A stretch of 64,000 nt of DNA from Angustibacter luteus (GCF_039541115.1 NZ_BAABFP010000007.1:434001-498000), one strand, 5' to 3'. Shown: positions 1-10,291, counted from the stretch's first letter. Numbers and translations: made by a program. Notes: generated by a model from the sequence alone, not told the origin.

Positions 1-217
1 CCAGCCCGAGCGTGCTCGCGAACGAGCGTGCCGCCAGGGTCTTGCCGAGGCCGGGGTAGTCCTCGAGCAGCACGTGCCCGCCGGCCAGGACCGCGGCCAG
101 GACCAGCGTGAGCGACTCGCGCTTGCCGACCACCGCGCGCTCGACCTCGTCCAGCACCCGGTGGGCGAGCGCGGTGGTCTCCGGCAGGGAGAGCTCGGCG
201 GGTGGGGTGGTCGTCAC
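1..217 (-). CDS. MoxR family AAA+ ATPase (5' part; runs off the window)
   Basis: Translated by hand from GTG at 217: MTTTPPAELSLPETTALAHRVLDEVERAVVGKRESLTLVLAAVLAGGHVLLEDYPGLGKT. GHVLLED-PGLGKT is the MoxR Walker A signature. GTGA overlap with the upstream gene. Confidence 0.9.
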   Translation of the reverse strand, partial: MTTTPPAELSLPETTALAHRVLDEVERAVVGKRESLTLVLAAVLAGGHVLLEDYPGLGKTLAARSFASTLGL

Positions 218-699
218 AGGGCCTCGATTCGCTCGAGCAGCGCGGTCAGCGCCGCCGGGTCGGTGGGGACCTTCCGGGGGTCGTCCAGGAAGGCCTGCAG
301 GTCGGGTCCGAGCAGCGGTCGAGCCCGCTCGGGGTGCTGGGCCCGCTGGATGCCGTGCAGGTCCCGCAACCGGTCGTCGACGACGCGGGACAGCAGCATG
401 TGGGCCTCGACGGCGCTGGCCCGAGAGCGACCGGTGCTGGCCATCGTGCGGTGCAGCCGGGTCAACCGCGGGTCCCCCCGCCAGCTCACCTCGGGGTCAC
501 GGACGTGGGCGAACCAGGACGGTGCCCGGACGAGTCCGGAAAGGTCCACCACGGTCCAGAGCACCAGGGACGTCGCGCCGACCGCCGCGGCCAGCCCCAC
601 GGGCGACGGGTGCAGCCCCGCCAGGTAGCCGAACCCGCAGATCGCGGCCCAGACGAGGAGCGTGCCGACCCGTCGTCCGCGCGTCCAGGGGCCACTCAT
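214..699 (-). CDS. Hypothetical membrane protein in the MoxR/DUF4129 operon
   Basis: ATG at 699 overlaps the upstream stop (ATGA). Two hydrophobic helices. Stop overlaps the MoxR start. Confidence 0.7.
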   Translation of the reverse strand: MSGPWTRGRRVGTLLVWAAICGFGYLAGLHPSPVGLAAAVGATSLVLWTVVDLSGLVRAPSWFAHVRDPEVSWRGDPRLTRLHRTMASTGRSRASAVEAHMLLSRVVDDRLRDLHGIQRAQHPERARPLLGPDLQAFLDDPRKVPTDPAALTALLERIEAL

Positions 700-1460
700 G
701 GCGAGGCCGGCGGGACGGCGCCCGCACCGAGGTCCGCGTGCAGGCGCTCGATGGCGGACTGTGCCGCCGCCCGGTCGGCCTCGCCCATCGCGTGCCGGGA
801 GAACCGGGCCTCGCGGTAGAGGCGAGCGAGGTCGCCGATCGAGGAGGGGTCCACCGCGAGCTCGCGCAGGACCCGCTGGGTGAGCTCCTCGGCGGTCTGA
901 TGGGGCGCCGGTGACACGCCACTCGCCTCGACCGCGTCCTCGAGGTCGAGCCAGCACGCCACGATGGCGTTGCGCGGGGTGCCGTGACGGAGCGCGTCCA
1001 GCTGGCGCTCGCGGCGCTGACTGAGCTCGCGGGCCACCTCGAGCTCGGGATCGGGCTCGGGTTCGAAGCCCGCCGGGGCCGTCGGCAGGTCGAGGCTGTG
1101 GGAGCGCAGGCGGTTGACCAGCCGGAGGAGGCCGAGCACGACCAGGGCGCCGAGGGCAACGACGAACGCGACCGCGATCAGGTAGCCGAGCCAGTGCAGG
1201 TCCGCCCAGGGCGTCGGGGTGGTGGTGGTGGGGTCGGCGGTGGACGTCCCGCTCGGGATCGTCGTGGTCGGGCTGGCCACGTCGGTGGGTGGCAGCGGGC
1301 TGGCGCCGAACCGGGGCGTGTCGATCAGGTGGGTGCTGCCGGTCGTCGCCGCCCAGACGACCAGGACGGCGCCGACGGCGAGGGCCACGACGAGGCGCTG
1401 CTTTCCCCCTCCGGCGATCACGGCGGCGAGCCTACTGCGCGCGCGCGGCGCTGCCGTCAA
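696..1460 (-). CDS. DUF4129 domain membrane protein
   Basis: Two TM segments around a Pro/Thr linker. C-terminal AIVACW..LE....G..P.P.QT..E...LARLYREARFS is typical of DUF4129. Start (TTG) uncertain. Confidence 0.75.
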   Translation of the reverse strand: MTAAPRARSRLAAVIAGGGKQRLVVALAVGAVLVVWAATTGSTHLIDTPRFGASPLPPTDVASPTTTIPSGTSTADPTTTTPTPWADLHWLGYLIAVAFVVALGALVVLGLLRLVNRLRSHSLDLPTAPAGFEPEPDPELEVARELSQRRERQLDALRHGTPRNAIVACWLDLEDAVEASGVSPAPHQTAEELTQRVLRELAVDPSSIGDLARLYREARFSRHAMGEADRAAAQSAIERLHADLGAGAVPPASP

Positions 1461-1602
1461 CGCTGCCCGGGTCCGGTGCCAGGAATCCCGCCACGGTGCG
1501 AGGACGGCGTCCGGCGTCCATCCGGGTAGGGCACTGGTCTATCCCCATGTCTCCGCAACCTGACAGGACGGACAAGGGGGCGACAAGAAGGTGGGGCCTC
1601 GG

Positions 1603-3093
1603 TCAGTCGACGGGGCCGCTGACGGCGGCGGTGGCAGCGGCGGCCGACGCCGCGGCCGCTGCGACGGCGCTCGTCGTCCGGCTCGCGGCGTGCTCGCTGG
1701 CCCAGCCGAGCACCTCGCTGGCGATCATGGGCCGCGCGAACCAGAACCCCTGCAGGTCGTCGCACTCCAGCTCGACCAACCGGGCCGCCGTCGCCTCGGT
1801 CTCGACGCCCTCGGCCACGATCGACAACCCGAGCCGGTGCCCCAGCTCGATGATCGACGTGACGACGGCGTCGTCGCTGGGGGAGCGCTCGAGCTGGGTG
1901 ATGAACTGACGGTCGATCTTCAGCTGGTGCACCGGCAGGCCGCGCAGCTGGCTCAGGCTGGTGAAGCCGGCGCCGAAGTCGTCCACGGAGACCTGGATGC
2001 CGCGGTCACGCAGCGAGCCCACCACCGCGCGGGCGGTGTCGGGGTTGTCGGTGACGGCGCTCTCGGTGATCTCCAGCACCAGCAGCTCGGCGGGCCAGCG
2101 GTGCAGCGCCAGCACCTCCTCGACGATGCCGAGCAGGCCGAACTCCAAGGACATCGGACTGATGTTGACCGCGACCGTGGCCTGCAGCCCCTCCTGGCGC
2201 CAGCGCGTCGCGTCCCGGACGGCGGTGAGCAGCACCCAGCGGGTGAGGGCGTGGATCAGGCTGGTGCGCTCGGCGATCGGGATGAACTCCGCGGGCAGGA
2301 GCAGGCCACGCTCGGGGTGCTGCCAGCGCAGCAGCGCCTCGAAGCCGGTCAGGGTGTGGTCGTCGGCGCGGATCACCGGCTGGTAGCGCACGTGCAGCTG
2401 GTCCTCGAGCATCGCCTCACGCAGGTGGGCGAGCGTCTCCAGCCGGTCGGTCGAGTGGTCGTCGAACGCCGGGTCGTACGTCGCGACGCCGGCGCGCTCG
2501 CGCTTGGCCTGGTACATCGCGATGTCGGCGTGCTGGAGCAGGTCGCTGAGGGTGCGGCCGTCCTGCGGTGCGACGGTGACCCCGATGCTCGCGCGGATGT
2601 CGATGGACACCCCCCGGGCCTGGAACTCGCTGAGCGTCAGCGCGCCCAGGATGCGCTTGGCCCGGACGCTGGCGCCAGAGACGTTGATCGGACCGCGGAT
2701 GAGGACGGCGAACTCGTCGCCACCCAGCCGGGTGACCAGCGCGTCGCTACCGGCCGAGGCGACGAGCTGTTGCGCCACCTCGACGAGGACCTCGTCGCCG
2801 GCGATGTGGCCGAGGGTGTCGTTGACGTCCTTGAACCCGTCCAGGTCCACCAGCAGCAGCGCCGGACCGTGCGAGCCGTTGCCGTCGACCGCGTCCAGGT
2901 CACTGAGGTCGCCGAGCAGCCGGTCGGCCGCCTCGGTGAGCATGCGGCGGTTGCCGAGCTGGGTCAGCGGGTCGCGACGGGCGACGCGCTCCCGCTCGCG
3001 GTCGCGCGCCACGAGCATGACGGCGAGCACGACGGCCGAGGCCACCGCGATGACCGCGAAGATCACCGTGACGACCAGTGCTAGGCCACCCAT
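1603..3093 (-). CDS. Membrane-anchored GGDEF-EAL diguanylate cyclase/phosphodiesterase
   Basis: N-terminal TM; DPLTQLGNR, DLDGFKDVNDTLGH, RLGGDEF; FEALLRW, DDFGAGFTSL, LKIDRQF, VAEGVE. Confidence 0.95.
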   Translation of the reverse strand: MGGLALVVTVIFAVIAVASAVVLAVMLVARDRERERVARRDPLTQLGNRRMLTEAADRLLGDLSDLDAVDGNGSHGPALLLVDLDGFKDVNDTLGHIAGDEVLVEVAQQLVASAGSDALVTRLGGDEFAVLIRGPINVSGASVRAKRILGALTLSEFQARGVSIDIRASIGVTVAPQDGRTLSDLLQHADIAMYQAKRERAGVATYDPAFDDHSTDRLETLAHLREAMLEDQLHVRYQPVIRADDHTLTGFEALLRWQHPERGLLLPAEFIPIAERTSLIHALTRWVLLTAVRDATRWRQEGLQATVAVNISPMSLEFGLLGIVEEVLALHRWPAELLVLEITESAVTDNPDTARAVVGSLRDRGIQVSVDDFGAGFTSLSQLRGLPVHQLKIDRQFITQLERSPSDDAVVTSIIELGHRLGLSIVAEGVETEATAARLVELECDDLQGFWFARPMIASEVLGWASEHAASRTTSAVAAAAASAAAATAAVSGPVD

Positions 3094-3140
3094 TTCGACG
3101 TCCCTCTCACCACTGGCGGGATGCTCCCGCCGACTCCTCC

Positions 3141-3169
3141 CTTTCGGCAGGGCCGGGAGGACGCTTGAG
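3141..3169 (-). promoter_or_regulatory. Sigma-28 (FliA/WhiG)-type promoter of the GGDEF-EAL gene
   Basis: Minus strand reads CTCAAG-N15-GCCGAAAG. Confidence 0.7.
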
Positions 3170-3207
3170 CAGTGGCGGCGTGCGGTTTCGCTCCCGGGCG
3201 TGGCGGA

Positions 3208-5799
3208 TCAGCCGATCGGCGCCTGGGCGACCAGCTCGACCGCCGCGACGTACACGCCGTCCGCGTCCGCAGCGCCGTCCAGCAGGACGAGCTCGTCGAT
3301 GCCGCCCGCTGCTCGCAGGTCCGCCGCACCGGCCCGCAGCCGCTCGACGTCCGCCGGCCGCGCGCTCACCTCGGCGCGTGCGACGGCCGTGCGCTGCGAG
3401 ACCTTCGCCTGGGACTTCGCGCCCCGCACCCCCGCCAACGCGGTCGCGACGACGGGCAGCAGCCCGGCGTCCCCGTCGCGCGCGGACGCGCTCAGGCCGA
3501 CCAGCTCGTCCACCGTCGGCCACGGCGCCCGGTGGATCGAGCCGTCCTGCCACCACGACCACGCCTCCTCGGTGACGAAGGGCATGATCGGCGCGAGCAG
3601 CCGCAGCTGCACCGACAGGGCGATGGCCAGCGCGGCCCGCGCCGAGCCGGTGGCGGCGGCGTCGGCGGACTCCTCGCCGTAGGCGCGCTCCTTGACGAGC
3701 TCGACGTAGTCGTCGCAGAAGGACCAGAAGAACCGCTCGCTGACCTCGAGCGCGCGGGTGTAGTCGAAGGCGGCGAAGGCCTCACCCGCCTCGCGCACCG
3801 CCTCGGCGAGGCCGGCCAGCATCGAGGCGTCCAGCGGCTCGGTGACCGGGCCGGCGTCGATGCTGGCGCCGGCGCCGAGCACGAACTTCGTCGCGTTCAG
3901 CACCTTGATGGCGAGCCGGCGTCCGACCTTCATCTGGCTCTCGTCGAACGGGGAGTCCATCCCCGGGCGAGCCATGGCCGCCCGCCAGCGCACCGCGTCC
4001 GTGCCGAACTTCTCGAGGATCTCGGTCGGCACGACCGCGTTGCCCTTCGACTTGCTCATCTTCTTGCGGTCCGGGTCGACCACGAAGCCGCTGATCATCG
4101 ATCGGGCCCACGGCAGCGAACCGTTCTCGTAGTGCGCTCGGACGACGCGGGAGAACAGCCAGGTGCGGATGATCTCGTGCGCGTGCGTGTTGAGGTCCAT
4201 CGGGAACACGCGCTCGAACAGGTCCGCGTCGCGCTCCCAGCCGCCGGCGATGTGCGGGGTGAGCGAGGACGTCGCCCAGGTGTCCATGACGTCCGGGTCA
4301 CCGATGAACCCCCCCGGGACGCCGCGCTGGTCGTTGCGGAAGCCGGGGGCGGGATCGGACGACGGGTCGACCGGCAGCGCCGACTCCTCCGCCACGATCG
4401 GGTCGTCGTAGCGGATCTCGCCGGCGTCGTCGAGCCGGTACCAGACCGGGAAGGGCACCCCGAAGAAGCGCTGGCGGCTGATCAGCCAGTCGCCGTTCAG
4501 GCCGCTGACCCAGTTCTCGTAGCGGTGCGCCATGAACTCCGGGACGAACTTCAGCTCGTGGCCGCGCTCGACGAAGGTCGCCTTCAACGCTTCATCCCGG
4601 CCGCCGTTGCGGATGTACCACTGACGGCTGGTGACGATCTCGAGCGGCTTGTCGCCCTTCTCGTAGAAGTTCGCCATCCGCTGGGTCGCAGTCGGCTCGC
4701 CCTGCAGGTCGCCGCTGTCGCGCAGCGCCTGCACGAGCGTCTCGCGCGCCGAGAACGTCGTCAGGCCCGCGAGCCGGCCGTACAGCTCGCGCCCGGCGTC
4801 CGTGCTGATCCACTCGGGGGTGTCCCGCAGGATCCGCCCGTCGCGACCGACCACCGCGCGGGTCGGCAGCTGCAGCTCGCGCCACCAGGTGACGTCGGTG
4901 AGGTCACCGAAGGTGCAGCACATGGCGATGCCCGCGCCCTTGTCCATCTCGGCCGCCGGGTGCGCGAGCACCGGGATCTCGACGTCGAACAGGGGTGAGC
5001 GCACGGTGGTGCCGAACAACGGCTGGTAGCGCTCGTCGTCCGGGTGCGCGATCAGCGCGACCACCGCCGGGATGAGCTCGGGTCGGGTCGTCTCGATGGC
5101 CACCGGGCCGTCCGCGCCGTGGAAGGTGACCCGGTGGTAGTGCCCCGGGTACTCGCGAGCCTCCAGCTCGGCCTGGGCGACCGCCGTCTGGAAGCTGACG
5201 TCCCACAGGCTCGGCGCCTCGCTCTGGTAGGCCTCGTCACGCGCGAGGTTGCGCAGGAACGCGCGCTGAGCCGCCGTCCGGGCGTCGACCCCGATGGTCT
5301 CGTAGAGCGTCGACCAGTCCACCGAGAGGCCGAGGTGCTGCAGCACGGCGGCGAAGGCCTTCTCGTCCTCGGCGGTCAGCTGCGTGCACAGCTCGACGAA
5401 GTTGGGACGGCTGACCGGGATCTGGCGCTTCGCGTCCGGCTTGGCCGGGGGCTCGAAGTCCGGGTCGTAGGGCAGCGACGGGTCGCAGCGCACCCCGAAG
5501 TAGTTCTGCACGCGCCGCTCGGTCGGCAGGCCGTTGTCGTCCCAGCCGATCGGGTAGAACACGCTCTTGCCGGTCATCCGCTGGAAGCGGGCGATCAGGT
5601 CGGTGTGCGTGTAGCTGAAGACGTGACCGACGTGCAGGCTGCCGCTCACCGTCGGCGGCGGCGTGTCGATCGAGAACACCTGCTCACGGGGTGCGGTGCG
5701 GTCGAACGCGTACGTGTCCTGCTCGCGCCATACGGCCACCCAGCGATCCTCGAGGCCGTCGAGGGTGGGCTTGTCGGGCACGCGCGGGGTATTCGGCAT
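3208..5799 (-). CDS. valS: Valine--tRNA ligase (type 2)
   Basis: PPTVSGSLHVGH, GWDDNGLPTE, DWLISRQR, KKMSKS. Start set at ATG 5799 (MPNTPRV), which follows GAGAAT-N7. Confidence 0.96.
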   Translation of the reverse strand: MPNTPRVPDKPTLDGLEDRWVAVWREQDTYAFDRTAPREQVFSIDTPPPTVSGSLHVGHVFSYTHTDLIARFQRMTGKSVFYPIGWDDNGLPTERRVQNYFGVRCDPSLPYDPDFEPPAKPDAKRQIPVSRPNFVELCTQLTAEDEKAFAAVLQHLGLSVDWSTLYETIGVDARTAAQRAFLRNLARDEAYQSEAPSLWDVSFQTAVAQAELEAREYPGHYHRVTFHGADGPVAIETTRPELIPAVVALIAHPDDERYQPLFGTTVRSPLFDVEIPVLAHPAAEMDKGAGIAMCCTFGDLTDVTWWRELQLPTRAVVGRDGRILRDTPEWISTDAGRELYGRLAGLTTFSARETLVQALRDSGDLQGEPTATQRMANFYEKGDKPLEIVTSRQWYIRNGGRDEALKATFVERGHELKFVPEFMAHRYENWVSGLNGDWLISRQRFFGVPFPVWYRLDDAGEIRYDDPIVAEESALPVDPSSDPAPGFRNDQRGVPGGFIGDPDVMDTWATSSLTPHIAGGWERDADLFERVFPMDLNTHAHEIIRTWLFSRVVRAHYENGSLPWARSMISGFVVDPDRKKMSKSKGNAVVPTEILEKFGTDAVRWRAAMARPGMDSPFDESQMKVGRRLAIKVLNATKFVLGAGASIDAGPVTEPLDASMLAGLAEAVREAGEAFAAFDYTRALEVSERFFWSFCDDYVELVKERAYGEESADAAATGSARAALAIALSVQLRLLAPIMPFVTEEAWSWWQDGSIHRAPWPTVDELVGLSASARDGDAGLLPVVATALAGVRGAKSQAKVSQRTAVARAEVSARPADVERLRAGAADLRAAGGIDELVLLDGAADADGVYVAAVELVAQAPIG

Positions 5800-5867
5800 G
5801 CCGAGGATTCTCCCAGACGAGCGGGGGTGGTCGCGTCCGGGTTTCTCCTGGGACGAGCGGCTGGGAC

Positions 5868-6644
5868 CTACTGGGCGCGCCAGGCGTCGTTCACGGCCTG
5901 GATCGCGGTGACCCGCGCGGACCCGTTGGCGGAGAACGCGCCGGCCATCAGCGTCAGGTGACGGCTCGTGCGCCAGCACACCGCGCCGGTGGCCAGCCCG
6001 CTGACCTTGAGCGAGCCGGAGGCCTGCGGGGCCGAGCCGAGGAGCGTGGCGGAGTCCGTCTCAGCCGTGCAGGTGAGCTTGCCGACCTTGGACACCTGCA
6101 TCGTCGTCGGGAGGTCGAAGTCCTTGTTTCCCTTGACCCCCCGCCCGGCCATCAGCAGCACGACGGTCGTCGGGCGGGTCTGCTCGTCGGCGTAGACCGC
6201 CATCGCCTGGGCGCGGCCGTCGCCGTCCTTGGCCTGGATCGTGACGCTGTTGGTGCCCGTGCCGGCGTTCTGCGCGAGGCCCGCGGCCACGGCGGGCAGG
6301 TCGATCGGCTTGGACAGGTCGGGGAACACGTAGTACCGCAGTGCGAGCCCGCCACCGACGAGCAGAGCGAGCCCGAGCGCCAGGGCGACCAGCGTGGGGC
6401 CGGTGAGACCGCGCTTGGCCGGCGCGGGCGGTGAGCCCCAGCCAGCGGCGGGAGCGCCCGCGTAGCCGAACGGGGTCGGTTGGGCGGGCCCGGCGGGCGC
6501 GCCGAACTGGCCGGGTGGCGTGCCGAACTGGCTGGACGGCGTCCCGAACTGGCTGGACGGTGTGCCGAACTGGCTGGACGGCGTCCCGAACTGGTTGGCC
6601 GGCTGTCCGGCGGGGGGCGGCGGGAACGGGTCGTTGGTGCTCAC
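5868..6644 (-). CDS. Hypothetical single-pass membrane protein with N-terminal QFGTPSS repeats
   Basis: Pro/Gln/Gly-rich N terminus, one TM helix, C-terminal domain with two Cys. GC3-rich codons. Confidence 0.75.
   Translation of the reverse strand: MSTNDPFPPPPAGQPANQFGTPSSQFGTPSSQFGTPSSQFGTPPGQFGAPAGPAQPTPFGYAGAPAAGWGSPPAPAKRGLTGPTLVALALGLALLVGGGLALRYYVFPDLSKPIDLPAVAAGLAQNAGTGTNSVTIQAKDGDGRAQAMAVYADEQTRPTTVVLLMAGRGVKGNKDFDLPTTMQVSKVGKLTCTAETDSATLLGSAPQASGSLKVSGLATGAVCWRTSRHLTLMAGAFSANGSARVTAIQAVNDAWRAQ
6501..6594 (-). repeat. 21-bp coding tandem repeat (about 4.5 copies) encoding QFGTPSS
   Basis: (g/c)ccgaactggctggacgg(c/t)gt unit recurs on the + strand. Confidence 0.85.
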
Positions 6645-6651
6645 CCTTGGT

Positions 6652-6680
6652 CTTTCGGCCGCTCCACCGTGGATCTTGAT
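6652..6680 (-). promoter_or_regulatory. Sigma-28-type promoter, leaderless geometry
   Basis: Minus strand ATCAAG-N15-GCCGAAAG-N7-GTG(6644). Confidence 0.7.
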
Positions 6681-6775
6681 CGCGGGGTTGGTCGCCGTCG
6701 ACGGAGGTTCCGCGTCCCGGAGGTGCGCACAAGTCGGTTTCGACCAGGCGGCCGTGGTGGCTACGATGGAGGGCA

Positions 6776-6985
6776 GGCACTGATCCGGCCATCACCGGGG
6801 AGCCTCCGGAAGAACGGCGCCCTCGGGTGCCTGGTAGAACCGGGCGGACCGGCCCGCACCCCAGCCGGCGACGAGTGGCCCGCCGAGCAGGTGGACGGGC
6901 AAGCGAGGTGGTACCGCGGTGCCGTCCGGACCAACCGGCCGACGTCGTCCTCGTGGGCAGCAGTGACGAGCGCACCCGCGAGAGG
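6776..6985 (+). ncRNA. Actinobacterial ileS translational T-box riboswitch
   Basis: Ultrashort stem I GGCACTGATCCGGCC-ATC-ACCGGGGAGCC with Ile specifier AUC at 6791-6793. Stem II with AGAAC/GTAGAAC. T-box AAGCGAGGTGGTACCGCG at 6901-6918. 6950-6957 can pair with 6975-6982, overlapping the SD. -10 TACGAT at 6762-6767. Confidence 0.93.
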
Positions 6986-6990
6986 CACCG

Positions 6991-9900
6991 ATGACGTACC
7001 CCAAGGTCGGCCCCGATGACCACGGCACCGCCGAGGTGCCCGCCAGCCCACGCTTCCCGGCGGTCGAGGAGCGCATCGGGCGCTACTGGGACGCCGACGG
7101 CACCTTCCGCGCGAGCATCGAGCAGCGCGAGGCCGGCGAGCACGGCAGCAACGAGTTCGTCTTCTACGACGGGCCGCCGTTCGCCAACGGTCTGCCGCAC
7201 TACGGCCACCTGCTGACCGGCTACGTCAAGGACGTCGTCCCGCGCTACATGACGATGCGCGGCCGGCGGGTCGAGCGCCGGTTCGGCTGGGACTGCCACG
7301 GCCTGCCTGCCGAGGTCGAGGCCGAGAAGCAGCTCGGGATCCACCACAAGTCCGAGATCGAGGCGATGGGCGTCGAGACGTTCAACGACATCTGCCGCTC
7401 CTCGGTGCTGGCGTACACCAAGGACTGGGAGGAGTACGTCAACCGGCAGGCCCGGTGGGTCGACTTCGACAACGACTACAAGACGTTGGACACCGACTAC
7501 ATGGAGTCGGTGATGTGGGCGTTCAAGTCGTTGTGGGACAAGGAGTTGATCTATGAGGGTTTCCGCGTGCTGGCCTACTGCTGGCGCTGCGAGACCCCGC
7601 TGTCGAACACCGAGACCCGGATGGACGACGTCTACCGGCAGCGTCAGGACCCGGCGGTGACGGTCGGGCTGAAGCTGGAGACGGGCGAGTACGCGCTGAT
7701 CTGGACGACGACCCCGTGGACGCTCCCGAGCAACCTCGCCGCTGCCGTGAACCCGGCTGTGGACTACGTCGTGGTGACCGGCCCCGCCGAGGGTGCGTTC
7801 GCCGGCGAGCGCGTCGTCCTGGCCGCGGACCGCCTGGGGCACTACGAGCGTGAGCTCGGGCTGCGCGACGTCGAGCACGCCGCCGAGACCGGTCGGCTGG
7901 TCGAGCGGCTGACCGGCGCCGACCTGCTGGGCCGTCGCTACACCCCGCCGTTCGACTTCTTCGCCGGGCGCGAGAACGCCCACCAGGTGCTCGAGGCCGA
8001 CTACGTCACCACCGACGAGGGCACCGGCATCGTGCACATCGCACCGGCCTTCGGTGAGGAGGACAAGGTCGTCACCGACGCGGCCGGCATCGAGCCGGTC
8101 GTCCCGGTGGACGCCAAGGGCGAGTTCACCGCCGAGGTGCCGCCGTACGCCGGGCAGCACGTCTTCGAGGCGAACAAGGCGATCACCGGCGACCTGCGCG
8201 ACGCAGGGCTGCTGCTGCGCCTGGAGTCCTACGACCACCCGTACCCGCACTGCTGGCGCTGCGACCAGCCGCTGATCTACCGCGCGGTGTCGAGCTGGTT
8301 CGTCAAGGTGACCCAGTTCCGCGACCGGATGGTCGAGCTCAACCAGAACATCACCTGGGTGCCCGACCACATCCAGGACGGGTCCTTCGGCAAGTGGCTG
8401 GAGAACGCCCGCGACTGGTCGATCAGCCGGAGTCGCTACTGGGGCAGCCCGATCCCGGTCTGGACGTCGGACGACCCGACGTACCCGCGGGTCGACGTGT
8501 ACGGCTCGCTGGACGAGCTGGAGCGCGACTTCGGCGTGCGTCCGGAGGACCTGCACCGGCCGTACATCGACGAGCTGACCCGGCCCAACCCGGACGACCC
8601 GACGGGGAGGTCGACCATGCGCCGGGTGCCGGAGGTGCTGGACTGCTGGTTCGAGTCCGGCTCGATGCCGTTCGCCCAGGTGCACTACCCGTTCGAGAAC
8701 GCGGACTGGTTCGAGCACCACTACCCGGGCGACTTCATCGTCGAGTACATCGGGCAGACCCGCGGCTGGTTCTACACGATGCACGTGCTGGCCACGGCGC
8801 TGTTCGACCGTCCCGCGTTCCGCAGCTGCGTGAGCCACGGGATCCTGCTCGGCGACGACGGTCGCAAGATGAGCAAGAGCCTGCGCAACTACCCGGACGT
8901 GCGAGAGGTCTTCGACCGCGACGGCTCCGACGCGATGCGCTGGTTCCTGATGTCGTCGCCGGTGCTGCGCGGGGGAAACCTCGTGGTGACCGAGCGCGGC
9001 ATCCGCGACGGCGTGCGCCAGGTGCTCATCCCGCTCTGGAACGCCTGGTACTTCTTCTCGTTGTACGCCAACGCCTTCGGCGGGGGAGCGGGCTACGACG
9101 CGAAGTGGTCGACGTCGTCGGACGACGTGCTGGACCGGTACCTGCTGGCGAAGCTGCGCGACCTGGTGTCCGTCGTGCAGGGCCAGCTCGACGTGTACGA
9201 CGTGAGCGCGGCGTGCCAGTCGGTGCGCGACTTCCTGGACGTGCTGACCAACTGGTACATCAGGCGTTCGCGCGAGCGGTTCTGGGGTGAGGACGACTCG
9301 GTCAGCGCAGGGGCTTTCGACACCTTGTACACGACGCTCGAGGTGCTCACCCGGGTCGCGGCTCCGCTGCTGCCGTTGACGTCGGAGGAGATCTGGCGCG
9401 GGCTGACCGGGGGGCGCAGCGTGCACCTGACCGACTGGCCGGACGCGACCGACCTGCCCGCCGACGAAGCGCTCGTCGCGGCGATGGACCGCACCCGTGA
9501 GGTCTGCTCCGTGGCCCTGGGACTGCGCAAGGCCGAGCAGCTGCGGGTCCGGCTGCCGCTGCCCGCGCTGACCGTGGTCGGCGAGGACGCGGCGGCGCTG
9601 TCGGACTTCGCGGCGCTGGTCGCCGACGAGGTGAACGTGGGCGAGGTGCGGCTGCTCGGTCTCGACGACGCCGGCGAGTCGCAGTTCGGCGTGACGCAAC
9701 GGCTGACGGTCAACGCGCGGGCCGCCGGGCCGCGCCTCGGCAAGGACGTGCAGACCGCCATCCGGGGCAGCAAGTCCGGCGACTGGTCGGTGGCGGACGA
9801 CGGCACGGTGACCTCGGGCGGGTTCGCGCTCGTCGAGGGGGAGTACGTCGTGGAGACCGTCGTGGCCGGCGGCGAGGAGTCCGACCACCGGGCGGTGGGG

Positions 9901-10236
9901 GTGCTGCCCCGCGAGGGGTTCGTCGTCCTGGACACCGAGGTGACGCCCGAGCTCGAGGCGGTCGGGGTCGTGCGCGACGTCATCCGCGTCGTCCAGCAGG
10001 CGCGTCGGGACGCCGGACTGCACGTCAGCGACCGGATCCGGCTGACGGTCGCCGGCGACGACGCGGTGTGGCAGGCGCTCACCGAGCACCAGGGGCTGCT
10101 GATGTCGGAGACGCTGGCCGTGCAGGTCGGGGTGTCCGCGGACGTCGAGGCGCTCGGGCTCGGCGAGGGTGTGACCGAGGCGAGCGTGGGCGACGGGCTG
10201 CGGGTGCGCGTCCAGGTGGAGCGCCAGGCCGACTAG
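6991..10236 (+). CDS. ileS: Isoleucine--tRNA ligase (type 2)
   Basis: [46 protein letters not shown]; preceded by an Ile T-box. Confidence 0.97.
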   Translation: MTYPKVGPDDHGTAEVPASPRFPAVEERIGRYWDADGTFRASIEQREAGEHGSNEFVFYDGPPFANGLPHYGHLLTGYVKDVVPRYMTMRGRRVERRFGWDCHGLPAEVEAEKQLGIHHKSEIEAMGVETFNDICRSSVLAYTKDWEEYVNRQARWVDFDNDYKTLDTDYMESVMWAFKSLWDKELIYEGFRVLAYCWRCETPLSNTETRMDDVYRQRQDPAVTVGLKLETGEYALIWTTTPWTLPSNLAAAVNPAVDYVVVTGPAEGAFAGERVVLAADRLGHYERELGLRDVEHAAETGRLVERLTGADLLGRRYTPPFDFFAGRENAHQVLEADYVTTDEGTGIVHIAPAFGEEDKVVTDAAGIEPVVPVDAKGEFTAEVPPYAGQHVFEANKAITGDLRDAGLLLRLESYDHPYPHCWRCDQPLIYRAVSSWFVKVTQFRDRMVELNQNITWVPDHIQDGSFGKWLENARDWSISRSRYWGSPIPVWTSDDPTYPRVDVYGSLDELERDFGVRPEDLHRPYIDELTRPNPDDPTGRSTMRRVPEVLDCWFESGSMPFAQVHYPFENADWFEHHYPGDFIVEYIGQTRGWFYTMHVLATALFDRPAFRSCVSHGILLGDDGRKMSKSLRNYPDVREVFDRDGSDAMRWFLMSSPVLRGGNLVVTERGIRDGVRQVLIPLWNAWYFFSLYANAFGGGAGYDAKWSTSSDDVLDRYLLAKLRDLVSVVQGQLDVYDVSAACQSVRDFLDVLTNWYIRRSRERFWGEDDSVSAGAFDTLYTTLEVLTRVAAPLLPLTSEEIWRGLTGGRSVHLTDWPDATDLPADEALVAAMDRTREVCSVALGLRKAEQLRVRLPLPALTVVGEDAAALSDFAALVADEVNVGEVRLLGLDDAGESQFGVTQRLTVNARAAGPRLGKDVQTAIRGSKSGDWSVADDGTVTSGGFALVEGEYVVETVVAGGEESDHRAVGVLPREGFVVLDTEVTPELEAVGVVRDVIRVVQQARRDAGLHVSDRIRLTVAGDDAVWQALTEHQGLLMSETLAVQVGVSADVEALGLGEGVTEASVGDGLRVRVQVERQAD

Positions 10237-10245
10237 TTCCTGGCC

Positions 10246-10291
10246 GATCGTGGCAACCTCGCATCGCCCGTGATGCGGGGTTGCCACGATC
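10246..10291. repeat. 20-bp-stem palindrome after ileS (terminator or REP-like)
   Basis: GATCGTGGCAACCTCGCATC-gcccgt-GATGCGGGGTTGCCACGATC. Confidence 0.75.
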
